IMG/VR virus record: IMGVR_UViG_3300021197_001267
Span: 1 to 59,778 of that record
DNA: 59,778 nt
Direction: 5' to 3' (one strand)
Source of the DNA: a virus
Taxonomy: Duplodnaviria > Caudoviricetes
Part shown: positions 36,855-45,537 of the stretch, piece by piece
Numbering within the stretch: position 1 is the stretch's first letter
How the letters are laid out: every line of letters begins with the position of its first letter
Notes under the pieces: generated by a model
The model's database searches: none
What the model was told of the DNA's origin: nothing
The model's input: only the letters and a program-made list of their open reading frames with translations
Program-made: the position numbers and the translations under genes

Positions 36855-37979
36855 TTAGAACTTAAAAGTCATTCCCGCACCTCCTCCAAGAGCGTCTCTT
36901 AATTGTTCAGCAATCTTTGATGATTGATTCTGTTCTGTTGGTGTCTGGGGTTGTGTATTGTTGGAGACGTTTCCAGCGCTGGTTACAACCTTTCGTTGCC
37001 CATCGCTCATACCCTGTCGGTAGACAGATGATACAATCTCATCAATGTTATCAATAAGAGCTCGGTGAGAGCTTAACTTATCGAAGTCCCATGAACCTTC
37101 TGAACTGATGTAATCATCAAAGTATTGGTCGAGCTTAACGTTCTTCTCAATAAGCTTTCCCTTGTAACTCTCGTTCAAACCAAAGGTGAACTGGTTACCA
37201 TTAGGAAGCCCAAAGACTAGACCATCGAGCTCATCCACTTCGCTTTTCATTGTGGAGACCCACTCGTCGTTGATGAAGGATTCTGGCATTTCGTTGTTTA
37301 CCTCGGGTGCCTCGTACTTGGTACGGACATCTTCGATAGAACGACGTGCCTGCTCCGCATCCATCTTGAGCTGGAGCTGCGACATCTTAACGTCTTGTTC
37401 AGTATTGGTATCAGGGTCCAGTCGATACTTGTTGGAGATGAGCATATCAATTTCCTCAGAGTTGAGGTTGCTATGCTGCATCTTCATGTTGTTACGAACA
37501 GCAGACATATCATCCATTTCAGATGTGTTCAGCCGCTGGTACGTATACCAATCTTCTGGACTCCGACCCGTCTCTCGAACGAAGTCGTTAATCGCAGCTA
37601 CCCGCTCGTCAATTTCAGTCGGGGCTGTGGTGAACCTCTCTTTCACAGAATCGAAACTGTCGAACTCAGACCCAAGCTTTTCGCTCATGTATCTAAGGAC
37701 TTCAGAATCTAGCTCTTCTTGAGAGAATTCATTATCTTGAGTTACCTGTTCTTGCGGAGGAGATACCTCCTGAGTCTGTTGGACTGGCGGAGCATCCACC
37801 AGCTTAGGCTCGTTAACAGGTTCACTTTCAGGTTGAGAAACAGGTTCCTCAACAGGAGGAGCAGCTTGTTCAACTGGAGCTTCAGTTTGCTGAACATCTT
37901 GTTGGGGTGTTTCTTGTGTAGGAGGGGTGTCCGACAGTGCGAACCCAGCGTCCTGCATCGCTGTGCTTAAATCTTTCAT
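36855..37979 (-). CDS. capsid scaffolding protein
   Basis: Acidic P/E/Q-rich N-terminus, F.RETGRS.EDW, YRQG.SDG; directly upstream of the capsid gene. Confidence 0.7.
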   Translation of the reverse strand: MKDLSTAMQDAGFALSDTPPTQETPQQDVQQTEAPVEQAAPPVEEPVSQPESEPVNEPKLVDAPPVQQTQEVSPPQEQVTQDNEFSQEELDSEVLRYMSEKLGSEFDSFDSVKERFTTAPTEIDERVAAINDFVRETGRSPEDWYTYQRLNTSEMDDMSAVRNNMKMQHSNLNSEEIDMLISNKYRLDPDTNTEQDVKMSQLQLKMDAEQARRSIEDVRTKYEAPEVNNEMPESFINDEWVSTMKSEVDELDGLVFGLPNGNQFTFGLNESYKGKLIEKNVKLDQYFDDYISSEGSWDFDKLSSHRALIDNIDEIVSSVYRQGMSDGQRKVVTSAGNVSNNTQPQTPTEQNQSSKIAEQLRDALGGGAGMTFKF

Positions 37980-37993
37980 GCTCTTTTATTGAA

Positions 37994-38254
37994 TTACCAT
38001 TTTACTTTGTTTGCCCACCATGCCGCACTCATCTTGCCTTTGGCAATGTTCTTTGCGTGACGGGACTTAAAGGCCTTCCGTTGTTTGGGGTTTTGATTTG
38101 TCTTGGCTCCTTGCTCTCCAAAACGAATTAGTCGAACCTTATCACCAACCTTAGCCAAAACCACATGAGACTTCTTGGGGTGCTTGGGAGTTCTCTTGGC
38201 TTTGTTCACGCCAGAGAGACCATGCTTCTTAAGAAGATTTTTGATGCGGCTCAT
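37994..38254 (-). CDS. small basic conserved viral protein
   Basis: KRTPKHPKKSHVVLAK...LIRFGEQG...RKAFKSRH...SAAWWANKVKW; TATATTCG box at 38259-38266. Confidence 0.7.
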   Translation of the reverse strand: MSRIKNLLKKHGLSGVNKAKRTPKHPKKSHVVLAKVGDKVRLIRFGEQGAKTNQNPKQRKAFKSRHAKNIAKGKMSAAWWANKVKW

Positions 38255-38279
38255 GCTGCGAATATAATCATATCCATCA

Positions 38280-40052
38280 TTATGGATTTGTCTCGTGCTC
38301 TGTGCTGGTGGTGCCTAGGTTGTTGGAAGTGTCGAACTCGACGATAGTAGTAACGTGCCAATAACCATTCCCAGAAATATCTGCAGACGCTTGTATGCTT
38401 GCGGTACACAAGTCTCCCGCTTCAAAATGCTGAGCATTGTCAAATACAAAATGAAAGGTGTGATTGTCATCTGTTGATGTCACAGGTAAAACCTCTGACT
38501 CTTCAATGGTCCAGCCCGCACCGTTAAACACACTGCTTCCAGTGCCAATAGTGTTTACCCTAAGAGTTAGGTCTCCATTTCCTGTAAGGCTCGTAGACTT
38601 AAGGGAGATTGATTTAATCCTACCACTAAAGGGCATGAGCATGGCCGCCTCTTCTTGATAAAGCTGACCCTGCTCATTGATATCCTTAAAAGGAAGGTAG
38701 TGAGGTATGGTTGAAATGTCGTCGAAGAAGCTCTGACTGTATACCTGCGTTAATGTCGTACTAGCTCCTGCCGAGGCGAATGAAAGGTTTCCACTGCCGT
38801 CAGTCTTAAGCACCTGTCCGTCTGTCCCGTCCTCTCCTGGTAGGACAAATGTCGTATTCGACGACATTGAATCTGGTGGCTTTAGTGTAAGGATGTTACT
38901 GTCATCGGCGTCTTTCATCCTGAGCTGACCGCCAGAAACGCCATTGCCATTTACAGTAAACCTACTTGTAGCGACGGCTGTGCCCGTAGAGAAAATCTTA
39001 AACTTAGACGTACTCCCGCTTTGAAAATCCAGGTGGTTACTACCCATCTCAACAGTCCTCGACGCCGAGAGGGTCATGTCTGTATTGCCAAGATTCGTGT
39101 CTGTCCCGCCAGAGATGGTAGTAAAGGATAGGTTACCACTTCCGTCAGTAACCATAGCTTGACCGCTTGTCCCATCCGCGCCTGGAAGTATAAAGGATGC
39201 GCTGGCCGTAAGAGTTTGAGGAGCTTTTAGACTAACGAAGTTTGACTCGTCTCCATCATATAGAGCAATCGTAGCCTCCGCAGCTCCAACTTTCTTGAAT
39301 GACGTAATTCCTTCAAACGTGTCGTTTACACCGTTCGAAACTTTACCCCAGGATAGAACACCATTCCCGTCGGTCTTTAATGCTTCTCCAGTAGAACCAG
39401 CTCCATCGGGTAAGGTGAGCGTGGTGTCTGACGTGACCAGGAGAGGAGCTTGTATGGAGATAAAGTTTGAGCCCGCTAAGTCTGATTCGTACAACTTAAT
39501 CTTGCCGCTGAAAGCCCCGCCACCATCAAACTGAATATCGTCAGACTTGAATACGATTGCTCCAGTACCGTCAGGGTCCAGCGTAATGTCACCGTTGGAT
39601 GCCGACGTAATCTTGTTTCCATTTACATCAAGGTCCCCACCTAGCTGCGGCGTCGTGTCCGTGGAAAGTTCGTCAATATCTTCCACATTTTGAACGTGCA
39701 AGGTATTTCCTCCGACATTAACAATCTTAAGAACCTGTCCTTCGACTATGTTTTGGAATGTTACATTATCGTTTTCCTGAATCTTTGTTGTCCTGTCGAA
39801 AATGACATTCAGTGCCGCTACCGTTGATGGGCCGTCAGAAGCAATCTGCGTTCCTGATTGGTCAATGTAATTTTGATAATCTAAATCTTTTGAAATAACA
39901 AAATTATCTATCGTCCTTTTGATGTTCACCATAGTGGTAATCCCGCCCTGCTCTGCAATGAAATCTCCATCGGGGTCGCCCAAAAAGGTTCTTCCGTTAG
40001 GCAGGACAATGGCTACGCCATTTTGCTTTCCAAAGACTTTAATTAAACTCAT
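38280..40052 (-). CDS. tail fibre protein
   Basis: DTTPQLGGDLDVNG and three LPxxxG(T/S)xG(E/Q)xxxTDGxGxLS(W/F) repeats. Confidence 0.75.
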   Translation of the reverse strand: MSLIKVFGKQNGVAIVLPNGRTFLGDPDGDFIAEQGGITTMVNIKRTIDNFVISKDLDYQNYIDQSGTQIASDGPSTVAALNVIFDRTTKIQENDNVTFQNIVEGQVLKIVNVGGNTLHVQNVEDIDELSTDTTPQLGGDLDVNGNKITSASNGDITLDPDGTGAIVFKSDDIQFDGGGAFSGKIKLYESDLAGSNFISIQAPLLVTSDTTLTLPDGAGSTGEALKTDGNGVLSWGKVSNGVNDTFEGITSFKKVGAAEATIALYDGDESNFVSLKAPQTLTASASFILPGADGTSGQAMVTDGSGNLSFTTISGGTDTNLGNTDMTLSASRTVEMGSNHLDFQSGSTSKFKIFSTGTAVATSRFTVNGNGVSGGQLRMKDADDSNILTLKPPDSMSSNTTFVLPGEDGTDGQVLKTDGSGNLSFASAGASTTLTQVYSQSFFDDISTIPHYLPFKDINEQGQLYQEEAAMLMPFSGRIKSISLKSTSLTGNGDLTLRVNTIGTGSSVFNGAGWTIEESEVLPVTSTDDNHTFHFVFDNAQHFEAGDLCTASIQASADISGNGYWHVTTIVEFDTSNNLGTTSTEHETNP

Positions 40053-40061
40053 GTCGACAAT

Positions 40062-41414
40062 TTAACTTTCTTCTACTTTAATCTGAACATCTTGTATTTG
40101 AACAAAGGCAGCACTACCCATTTGAGAAGCAGCATGAAAGCTAACCTCTAAGCTACTTATGCTGGTGTTTGCAAGACCGTTGGTTATGAAGGTTCCTAGG
40201 CTACTACCGTTAGATGTAGGCCCCCCACCAGGACCACCAATAACAAATAAACTTTGAGAAAGAGGCACAGAAATGGCTCCAGGCTCGCTCGTCTGCACAT
40301 CCGCAATGTTATGATAAAAGTCCTCACCTATTTGCGTGCCGCCCCCCGAGAAGGCCCTGACCTTTACAAAGACAAAAACTCTTTCATCAGCAATCCCTGT
40401 AGTGAAGGTGAAGGCTGATTGAGTATCATCTGTTTCTCTGATTAGGATTTTTTTGTTGGGTGCACCACTCATATTGTAGTTACCCAACGCTGGGTCTGTA
40501 AAGGTTACTGTATCACTTCCCGAGTCGATAGTGACGTCAAGAGTACCTGTAGCGCTGACAATACTTCCAGCGGTAGTTATGTCTATTTTTTTTAAGTTTC
40601 CTCCAGCAATAATTGAGCTGTAGTCTGACGTGCCAGTGCCAGAGATAGAGAGGAGGGCCGTGTTTTGACCTGTGTCGAAATACACCGTTCGGGTGGTGTA
40701 ATTCGCAAACGTGGGTGGCGCACCAAAGAGAGTCAAGAATTCGAGCAAGTCAGCTGTAGAAACGGAACCGTCTCCGTTCAAATCTCCGAGGACACCTGTC
40801 GTATCGTTTGTATACGTGGCGGTATTACCAATGCCTGCGTCAACGTTGGCGTTAACAAGGTCTAAAACAAGTGCGCCTATGAGGTCGTTAAAGTCAACCC
40901 TTACATGCTTTTCCCCCTCGGTGTCGTTGGCAATAAAGTAGAAGTCTCCGTCTGATGCCGCAGAAAGGATGGCGCGTGGAAGGTCTGAATCAAGGTTACT
41001 AATGTCAGGCAACTCTTCGATTGAAGCAATCTTCATATCTCCGACAGGGTCGTCGTCGGGACGATTGTACAAACAAAGTTGATTGCCCGCACTCACCGTG
41101 GTAGGTTGAGCGGGTAGCCTAAACCCGAAGGTTGTAATTCCCTCCTGCCTATTAAGAAAAGAAGTTCCTGGCACGCTAGGGTCAGCGTCGGGAGATAAGT
41201 TAAGACGTGCGTCAAAGTCGTCGCTATCCACGACGGTCACCTCGACTCCGTCCAGAACAAACCTTGAAGACGTGCCGCCACCGACAATAGTAAGAGTTTG
41301 GTTGGATAGTGAATGTGTTCTATCACCATCTAGAGTAAGGTCGGCGCTAGAGAAATCAGTGTTCGTGATATTCTCAAGGTCGCTCGTTGTAAGTACTCTA
41401 CTCCATGTTGCCAT
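40062..41414 (-). CDS. tail fibre/spike-associated protein with dockerin-like EF-hand motif
   Basis: MATW N-terminus shared with 41780-42922; GDLNGDGSVSTADLLEFLTLFG. Confidence 0.6.
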   Translation of the reverse strand: MATWSRVLTTSDLENITNTDFSSADLTLDGDRTHSLSNQTLTIVGGGTSSRFVLDGVEVTVVDSDDFDARLNLSPDADPSVPGTSFLNRQEGITTFGFRLPAQPTTVSAGNQLCLYNRPDDDPVGDMKIASIEELPDISNLDSDLPRAILSAASDGDFYFIANDTEGEKHVRVDFNDLIGALVLDLVNANVDAGIGNTATYTNDTTGVLGDLNGDGSVSTADLLEFLTLFGAPPTFANYTTRTVYFDTGQNTALLSISGTGTSDYSSIIAGGNLKKIDITTAGSIVSATGTLDVTIDSGSDTVTFTDPALGNYNMSGAPNKKILIRETDDTQSAFTFTTGIADERVFVFVKVRAFSGGGTQIGEDFYHNIADVQTSEPGAISVPLSQSLFVIGGPGGGPTSNGSSLGTFITNGLANTSISSLEVSFHAASQMGSAAFVQIQDVQIKVEES

Positions 41415-41608
41415 TATTTCTTAGTCTTAGGTCGCGCCGTGCTTGCTTCAATTTTTTCGGACTCGGAGGCTGCCAAAGAAAGCTTCTTGTGTTCTGCCTC
41501 GAATTTATTTACTAGCTCCAGAAGAGCCCTGGCCTCCCGAAGTTTACACTCTTTTTCTAGCAGCGTGTTGTGGATGAACGCTACCTCTTGAATTTCCAGC
41601 TTCAACAT
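41414..41608 (-). CDS. small helical protein, possible fibre chaperone
   Basis: MLKLEIQEVAF...; start moved to 41608. Confidence 0.5.
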   Translation of the reverse strand: MLKLEIQEVAFIHNTLLEKECKLREARALLELVNKFEAEHKKLSLAASESEKIEASTARPKTKK

Positions 41609-41771
41609 CTTTAATTTTATTTTGAAGTTTATTGACGATAGATGCAAGCACCAGTACGTCGACACCTTGAAAGTTTAATTCTGCGATAGTACCCAAGAGA
41701 TATTTCATCTCGTCTGGATTAAGGTCACTAGCCTCCTCTATAGGGGTGGCGGCATATTTTCTGTTACTCAT
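41544..41771 (-). CDS. small helical protein, possible fibre chaperone
   Basis: LNPDEMKYLL...FQGVDV..LASIVNKLQ; between fibre genes. Confidence 0.55.
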   Translation of the reverse strand: MSNRKYAATPIEEASDLNPDEMKYLLGTIAELNFQGVDVLVLASIVNKLQNKIKDVEAGNSRGSVHPQHAARKRV

Positions 41772-41779
41772 GGGAGGTC

Positions 41780-42922
41780 TTAGTCTACTCTAATGTACAC
41801 TTCACCGACGGCGCCACCCGACCTTTGGACAAACACCATTTGACCCAGTCCTCTGACGTCATCGCCTGGAATAGGAACGTCATCAGTGTTGGCATAATCC
41901 ATAGTCATGACCGCAGAGTTATGAATAGCATTGCTGCCATTGTATTGGATTATTTGGCTAGACGCCGCCTTAGTAGCTCTCCATCCCGTTTGATAGATGT
42001 TGGCCCCTGTGCCGAGGTTGTGGTCATAGTCAAAATGTGCATCTAAGCTGGTGTTTACACCCACCTCAATACCTCCCTTGCCTGAAAGGGGGGTGCCATC
42101 CGTGGCGTTGTCATTGATTCTAACGACTTGGTCATCAACAGTAAGCGTCTCTGTGTTGAGGATGGTTTGAGTTCCCTCAACGGTTAGGTTACCGTATACG
42201 GTCAGATTTTTGGGTTGGCCATTCTGCCCGACAGATACGTTGTCCAAGAAGGAGGAGGGACCATCAACCCGCAAAGCATTCCCCGTCGCCCCCGTTTCGT
42301 AATCTACAACAAGAGTCTTTGCAATCTTAAGGTCGTCCTTCAGAGAAAAAGAAATAGACTCACCCTCGCCCCCATGATTAACCTCGCCAATAATAATCTG
42401 ATTGTCGAAAGACTCCAGGTATATTACGGTGTCGGTGCTTGGGCCGTCGAGAACAATTTGAGAATCGGCCCAACCGTAGGGGGTGGTACTGTCCGAGCTT
42501 AGGGTGTATGTCCCCACTGTTGCGGCAATTTGGCTCGTGAAATCACCCACCGACACCTTACTCGCTCCGCCCGCGCTGCCGTCGTGGAACGCAATGAAAT
42601 CCACACCACCTTGGGTGTTTGGTGTCGCGGTGGTGAGGTCATTAATGAAACCAAGATTAAGCTTAGCGGCTGTAATACCGCCGTCTTTAACCTCAAGCTT
42701 AGTGCCAGTGCCGCCGTCGCCAGTAAGTGCAAGAGTTTGCAAGTCTGGAGCCGCAGTAACCTTATCTCCTACAATTTGAATGCCACCCCCAGGGTTGACA
42801 TCTAGCGCTCCATCAACGGCATCGTAACTTACGCCCTCTCCGTTCCCAAGTGCAGACAGGTTCGAGGTGGTGATTACATCACTCAAGTCATCTTCCGTCA
42901 ATAATTTTTTCCAAGTTGCCAT
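41780..42922 (-). CDS. tail fibre protein
   Basis: VKDGGITAAKL, GNLTVEGTQTILNTETLTVDD..V.IN fibre motifs; TATATTTG box at 42940-42947. Confidence 0.7.
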   Translation of the reverse strand: MATWKKLLTEDDLSDVITTSNLSALGNGEGVSYDAVDGALDVNPGGGIQIVGDKVTAAPDLQTLALTGDGGTGTKLEVKDGGITAAKLNLGFINDLTTATPNTQGGVDFIAFHDGSAGGASKVSVGDFTSQIAATVGTYTLSSDSTTPYGWADSQIVLDGPSTDTVIYLESFDNQIIIGEVNHGGEGESISFSLKDDLKIAKTLVVDYETGATGNALRVDGPSSFLDNVSVGQNGQPKNLTVYGNLTVEGTQTILNTETLTVDDQVVRINDNATDGTPLSGKGGIEVGVNTSLDAHFDYDHNLGTGANIYQTGWRATKAASSQIIQYNGSNAIHNSAVMTMDYANTDDVPIPGDDVRGLGQMVFVQRSGGAVGEVYIRVD

Positions 42923-42953
42923 AGTACGTATTTGTGTTGCAAATATAACTCAA

Positions 42954-43655
42954 TCAAGAGATTCCGAAATACACGTTGTCATTTGTGTCTGCATAAAACC
43001 CTCCAGCTACCGCAGAAGGAGCTGAGACCTGCCTGCTTACGGATAAAACCTTTTCCTCGTTTACGGTGACGGCCACCTCCTGACCGCTCGATGTGCCAAC
43101 GCTTAGCTCCATCTTAGAGCTGACAGTAGCTGCCGCTGCACCCACCTGAGTGTATCTGATAAATCCAGCTTCAGCGATGGCGTCAGAACTATTGTGACCT
43201 CTGAACTTTATGAGACCTAGCGACTGCCCGCTGGTGGTTGCTTGAGCAACGCCACTGTCGTCAGAGGTTCTTGTGAATATAAGGTCAGGCGAAGCGGTCG
43301 CTGTACTGTTGAATACATCGACAGCGCTTACTCTCGGTGTTGTATCGAAAACGGCGGCATTGCTACTGTCACGAACTAACACCGAAAAGTTTGAACCTGA
43401 AGGAAGGGCATCGCCTCCAATCTCCGTCCAGTTGTCTGTCTGCCCCCATGTGTCCCCCGTGAAAACAAAGGCTTTGTACGAGCCTCCATCATTAGTCAAG
43501 GCCAAGAAACCATCCGTCTGTACTGTGGAGTCTAGAGCGTTCCTATCCGACACAGAAGAAAAAATACCGAGTCCCTTTACTTGATTGTTTCCAATGTCAA
43601 GTACAGGCCTGTTCGCGTTGTTGTGCTTTAAGTTATCTGGAAAAAATACTGGCAT
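42954..43655 (-). CDS. putative tail/virion structural protein
   Basis: 233 aa, S/T/G-rich, in the fibre block. Confidence 0.6.
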   Translation of the reverse strand: MPVFFPDNLKHNNANRPVLDIGNNQVKGLGIFSSVSDRNALDSTVQTDGFLALTNDGGSYKAFVFTGDTWGQTDNWTEIGGDALPSGSNFSVLVRDSSNAAVFDTTPRVSAVDVFNSTATASPDLIFTRTSDDSGVAQATTSGQSLGLIKFRGHNSSDAIAEAGFIRYTQVGAAAATVSSKMELSVGTSSGQEVAVTVNEEKVLSVSRQVSAPSAVAGGFYADTNDNVYFGIS

Positions 43656-45181
43656 CAGAAGGAGACTTCAAGTGTTACCCCATTGGCAAAAGCTCCTGGG
43701 TCATTGCTCCTGTAAAAATAGTAATCCTCGGATATTCCGTATTGGTTTGTAATTGTTCTAGTTACTTTTTGGAAGGCTGACAATACAGGGATGGAACCGT
43801 TTTGGGCAATGCCTGTAATCTCAGTCCAGCTGACAGGAAATACAATCCAAGTGAAGTTGGTTCCTACATTGTTGTCAGCGGTGCACACTAAAGTCTTAGT
43901 GCTATTAGTGCCTAGAGCTTCCTGAATACTTGAGGAGTCGTAGAGCGTCTGTGCAGCGGCATTGTCCGAAACAGCAGAAGTAGAACTTGCGATAAGCTTA
44001 TATCTCCACTGATGTTTTATTGTCTTATTACCAGATGTGCGTGGGATGTCACTTCCGCTCCCGTTGTCTGTAACGACAAGGCTAAAGCTAGTACTGCTTT
44101 GGTTCGCAAACGTAGAGGGGGACAGATTCTGTATGTTGCCCACCTGTAAGTCTGGGGAAAAAGCGCTGTCAGACAAACCTGACTCTACAGTGGTAGAGCC
44201 TCTCTTAAACACCACGGATGTATCCGCCGTCTGTGAGTTGTCACCGATAGAAAAATTAAAACCCAACACCTTAACTCCCTGCCCAGCCTCATAAGCGGAC
44301 TGAAGAGATGTTGTCGTCGAGCCGTAAGAACCACCCGTATCCTGAACCTGAAGCTTTAAGCTTGACAGCGTGATTGTTGTAGGGTAATAGTTGGTTAGGA
44401 TGTCTGTTAGAATAGTTCGAATGTCTGTTCCTGCAGAATATGTTTGTCCTACGGCACTACCTAAAGCAGAGTCGGTATTGCTCACCACAATATCAGAATC
44501 AATCTTCGGGTTGGCATTAACCCAGTTAGAACCGTTGTACATCAAGTAGTCATACTGACCCTTTCCTGCCACACTCACGTTGGCGATGTCTCCAAGGGCG
44601 TCTATAGAGCTGCCTCCGCCACTGCCCTGCGCGTCATCTGCTGGCTTAAATTTCTGAGAAGCATAGTCAAACTTAAGAATCTGCCCGTCTGTTGGGAGCG
44701 CGGTAGAAAGGTCTACGTCACTTAAGTCATCTAACTCAGAAGGTATAGACGGTGTGTTTGAAAGACTTGAGTATTCACCATCAAACAAAGCTGGCTGGTT
44801 TGTCAGGTCGTTGTAGTCGCCGCTAAAACCACTTGATGAGGGAATATCCGTAAGGTCATTATAGCTTCCAGAGGTTGCTATAGCTGCAAGACTTGGTGTT
44901 CCTGAGATGTCTGAGTAACCTCCCTTGCGCCACTCACCAGCATTAACGTCATAGAAAAGTATCTGACCCTGAGAAGCCGCCGAACCTGCGTTAACATCTG
45001 TCAGGTCATTCAAAACCTGTGCGCCTCCTCCGCCCTGAAAAACGTTCGTAACCGAACCCCCCGTTACTACATCAATCTCGGGAACTACAGGAACCTGATA
45101 TGATGTTACAGAGTCGCTGGCTGGAGCAATGGACAGAGAGATATTCTCCTGTTCCGATATGGTGATTTGAATATCGCTCAT
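43655..45181 (-). CDS. tail fibre-like protein
   Basis: L.DL.DV, GQIL.(Y/F)D and SG.Y.DL..P repeats. Confidence 0.65.
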   Translation of the reverse strand: MSDIQITISEQENISLSIAPASDSVTSYQVPVVPEIDVVTGGSVTNVFQGGGGAQVLNDLTDVNAGSAASQGQILFYDVNAGEWRKGGYSDISGTPSLAAIATSGSYNDLTDIPSSSGFSGDYNDLTNQPALFDGEYSSLSNTPSIPSELDDLSDVDLSTALPTDGQILKFDYASQKFKPADDAQGSGGGSSIDALGDIANVSVAGKGQYDYLMYNGSNWVNANPKIDSDIVVSNTDSALGSAVGQTYSAGTDIRTILTDILTNYYPTTITLSSLKLQVQDTGGSYGSTTTSLQSAYEAGQGVKVLGFNFSIGDNSQTADTSVVFKRGSTTVESGLSDSAFSPDLQVGNIQNLSPSTFANQSSTSFSLVVTDNGSGSDIPRTSGNKTIKHQWRYKLIASSTSAVSDNAAAQTLYDSSSIQEALGTNSTKTLVCTADNNVGTNFTWIVFPVSWTEITGIAQNGSIPVLSAFQKVTRTITNQYGISEDYYFYRSNDPGAFANGVTLEVSF

Positions 45182-45537
45182 ACCGTGACATCTTCATTTA
45201 CCTTAAACAAGCCGTGAATCCATGTGCTAACTACGCTATCCCCATCGGTGGCTTGAAGGTCGTAAACGTATAACCCGCCATCCATTGTCATGTCAGTGTC
45301 AGGAATTTTAACCTCAAGAGTACCCGCCACACTTTGAACGTAGACTACATTCCCACTAGGAACTACTGTCGTTGCGGCTGTGTCAGAGTCCCTGACTTCC
45401 ATCTTGAATGTATATCCACTGACATCCAAAGACCCTCCTTGAGAATTCTTTACTGTTAGGACTAGCCTGAAGTCGTCACCCTTCCTGCAAGTGATGTCCA
45501 GTCTCCTTGATGTGTCTAGATTTACTGAGTTAGCCAT
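45178..45537 (-). CDS. small Ig-like (BppU N-terminal-like) fibre attachment protein
   Basis: LDIT...GDDF...LDVSGYTFKMEVR...YVYDLQ...GLFKVNEDVT. Confidence 0.6.
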   Translation of the reverse strand: MANSVNLDTSRRLDITCRKGDDFRLVLTVKNSQGGSLDVSGYTFKMEVRDSDTAATTVVPSGNVVYVQSVAGTLEVKIPDTDMTMDGGLYVYDLQATDGDSVVSTWIHGLFKVNEDVTV

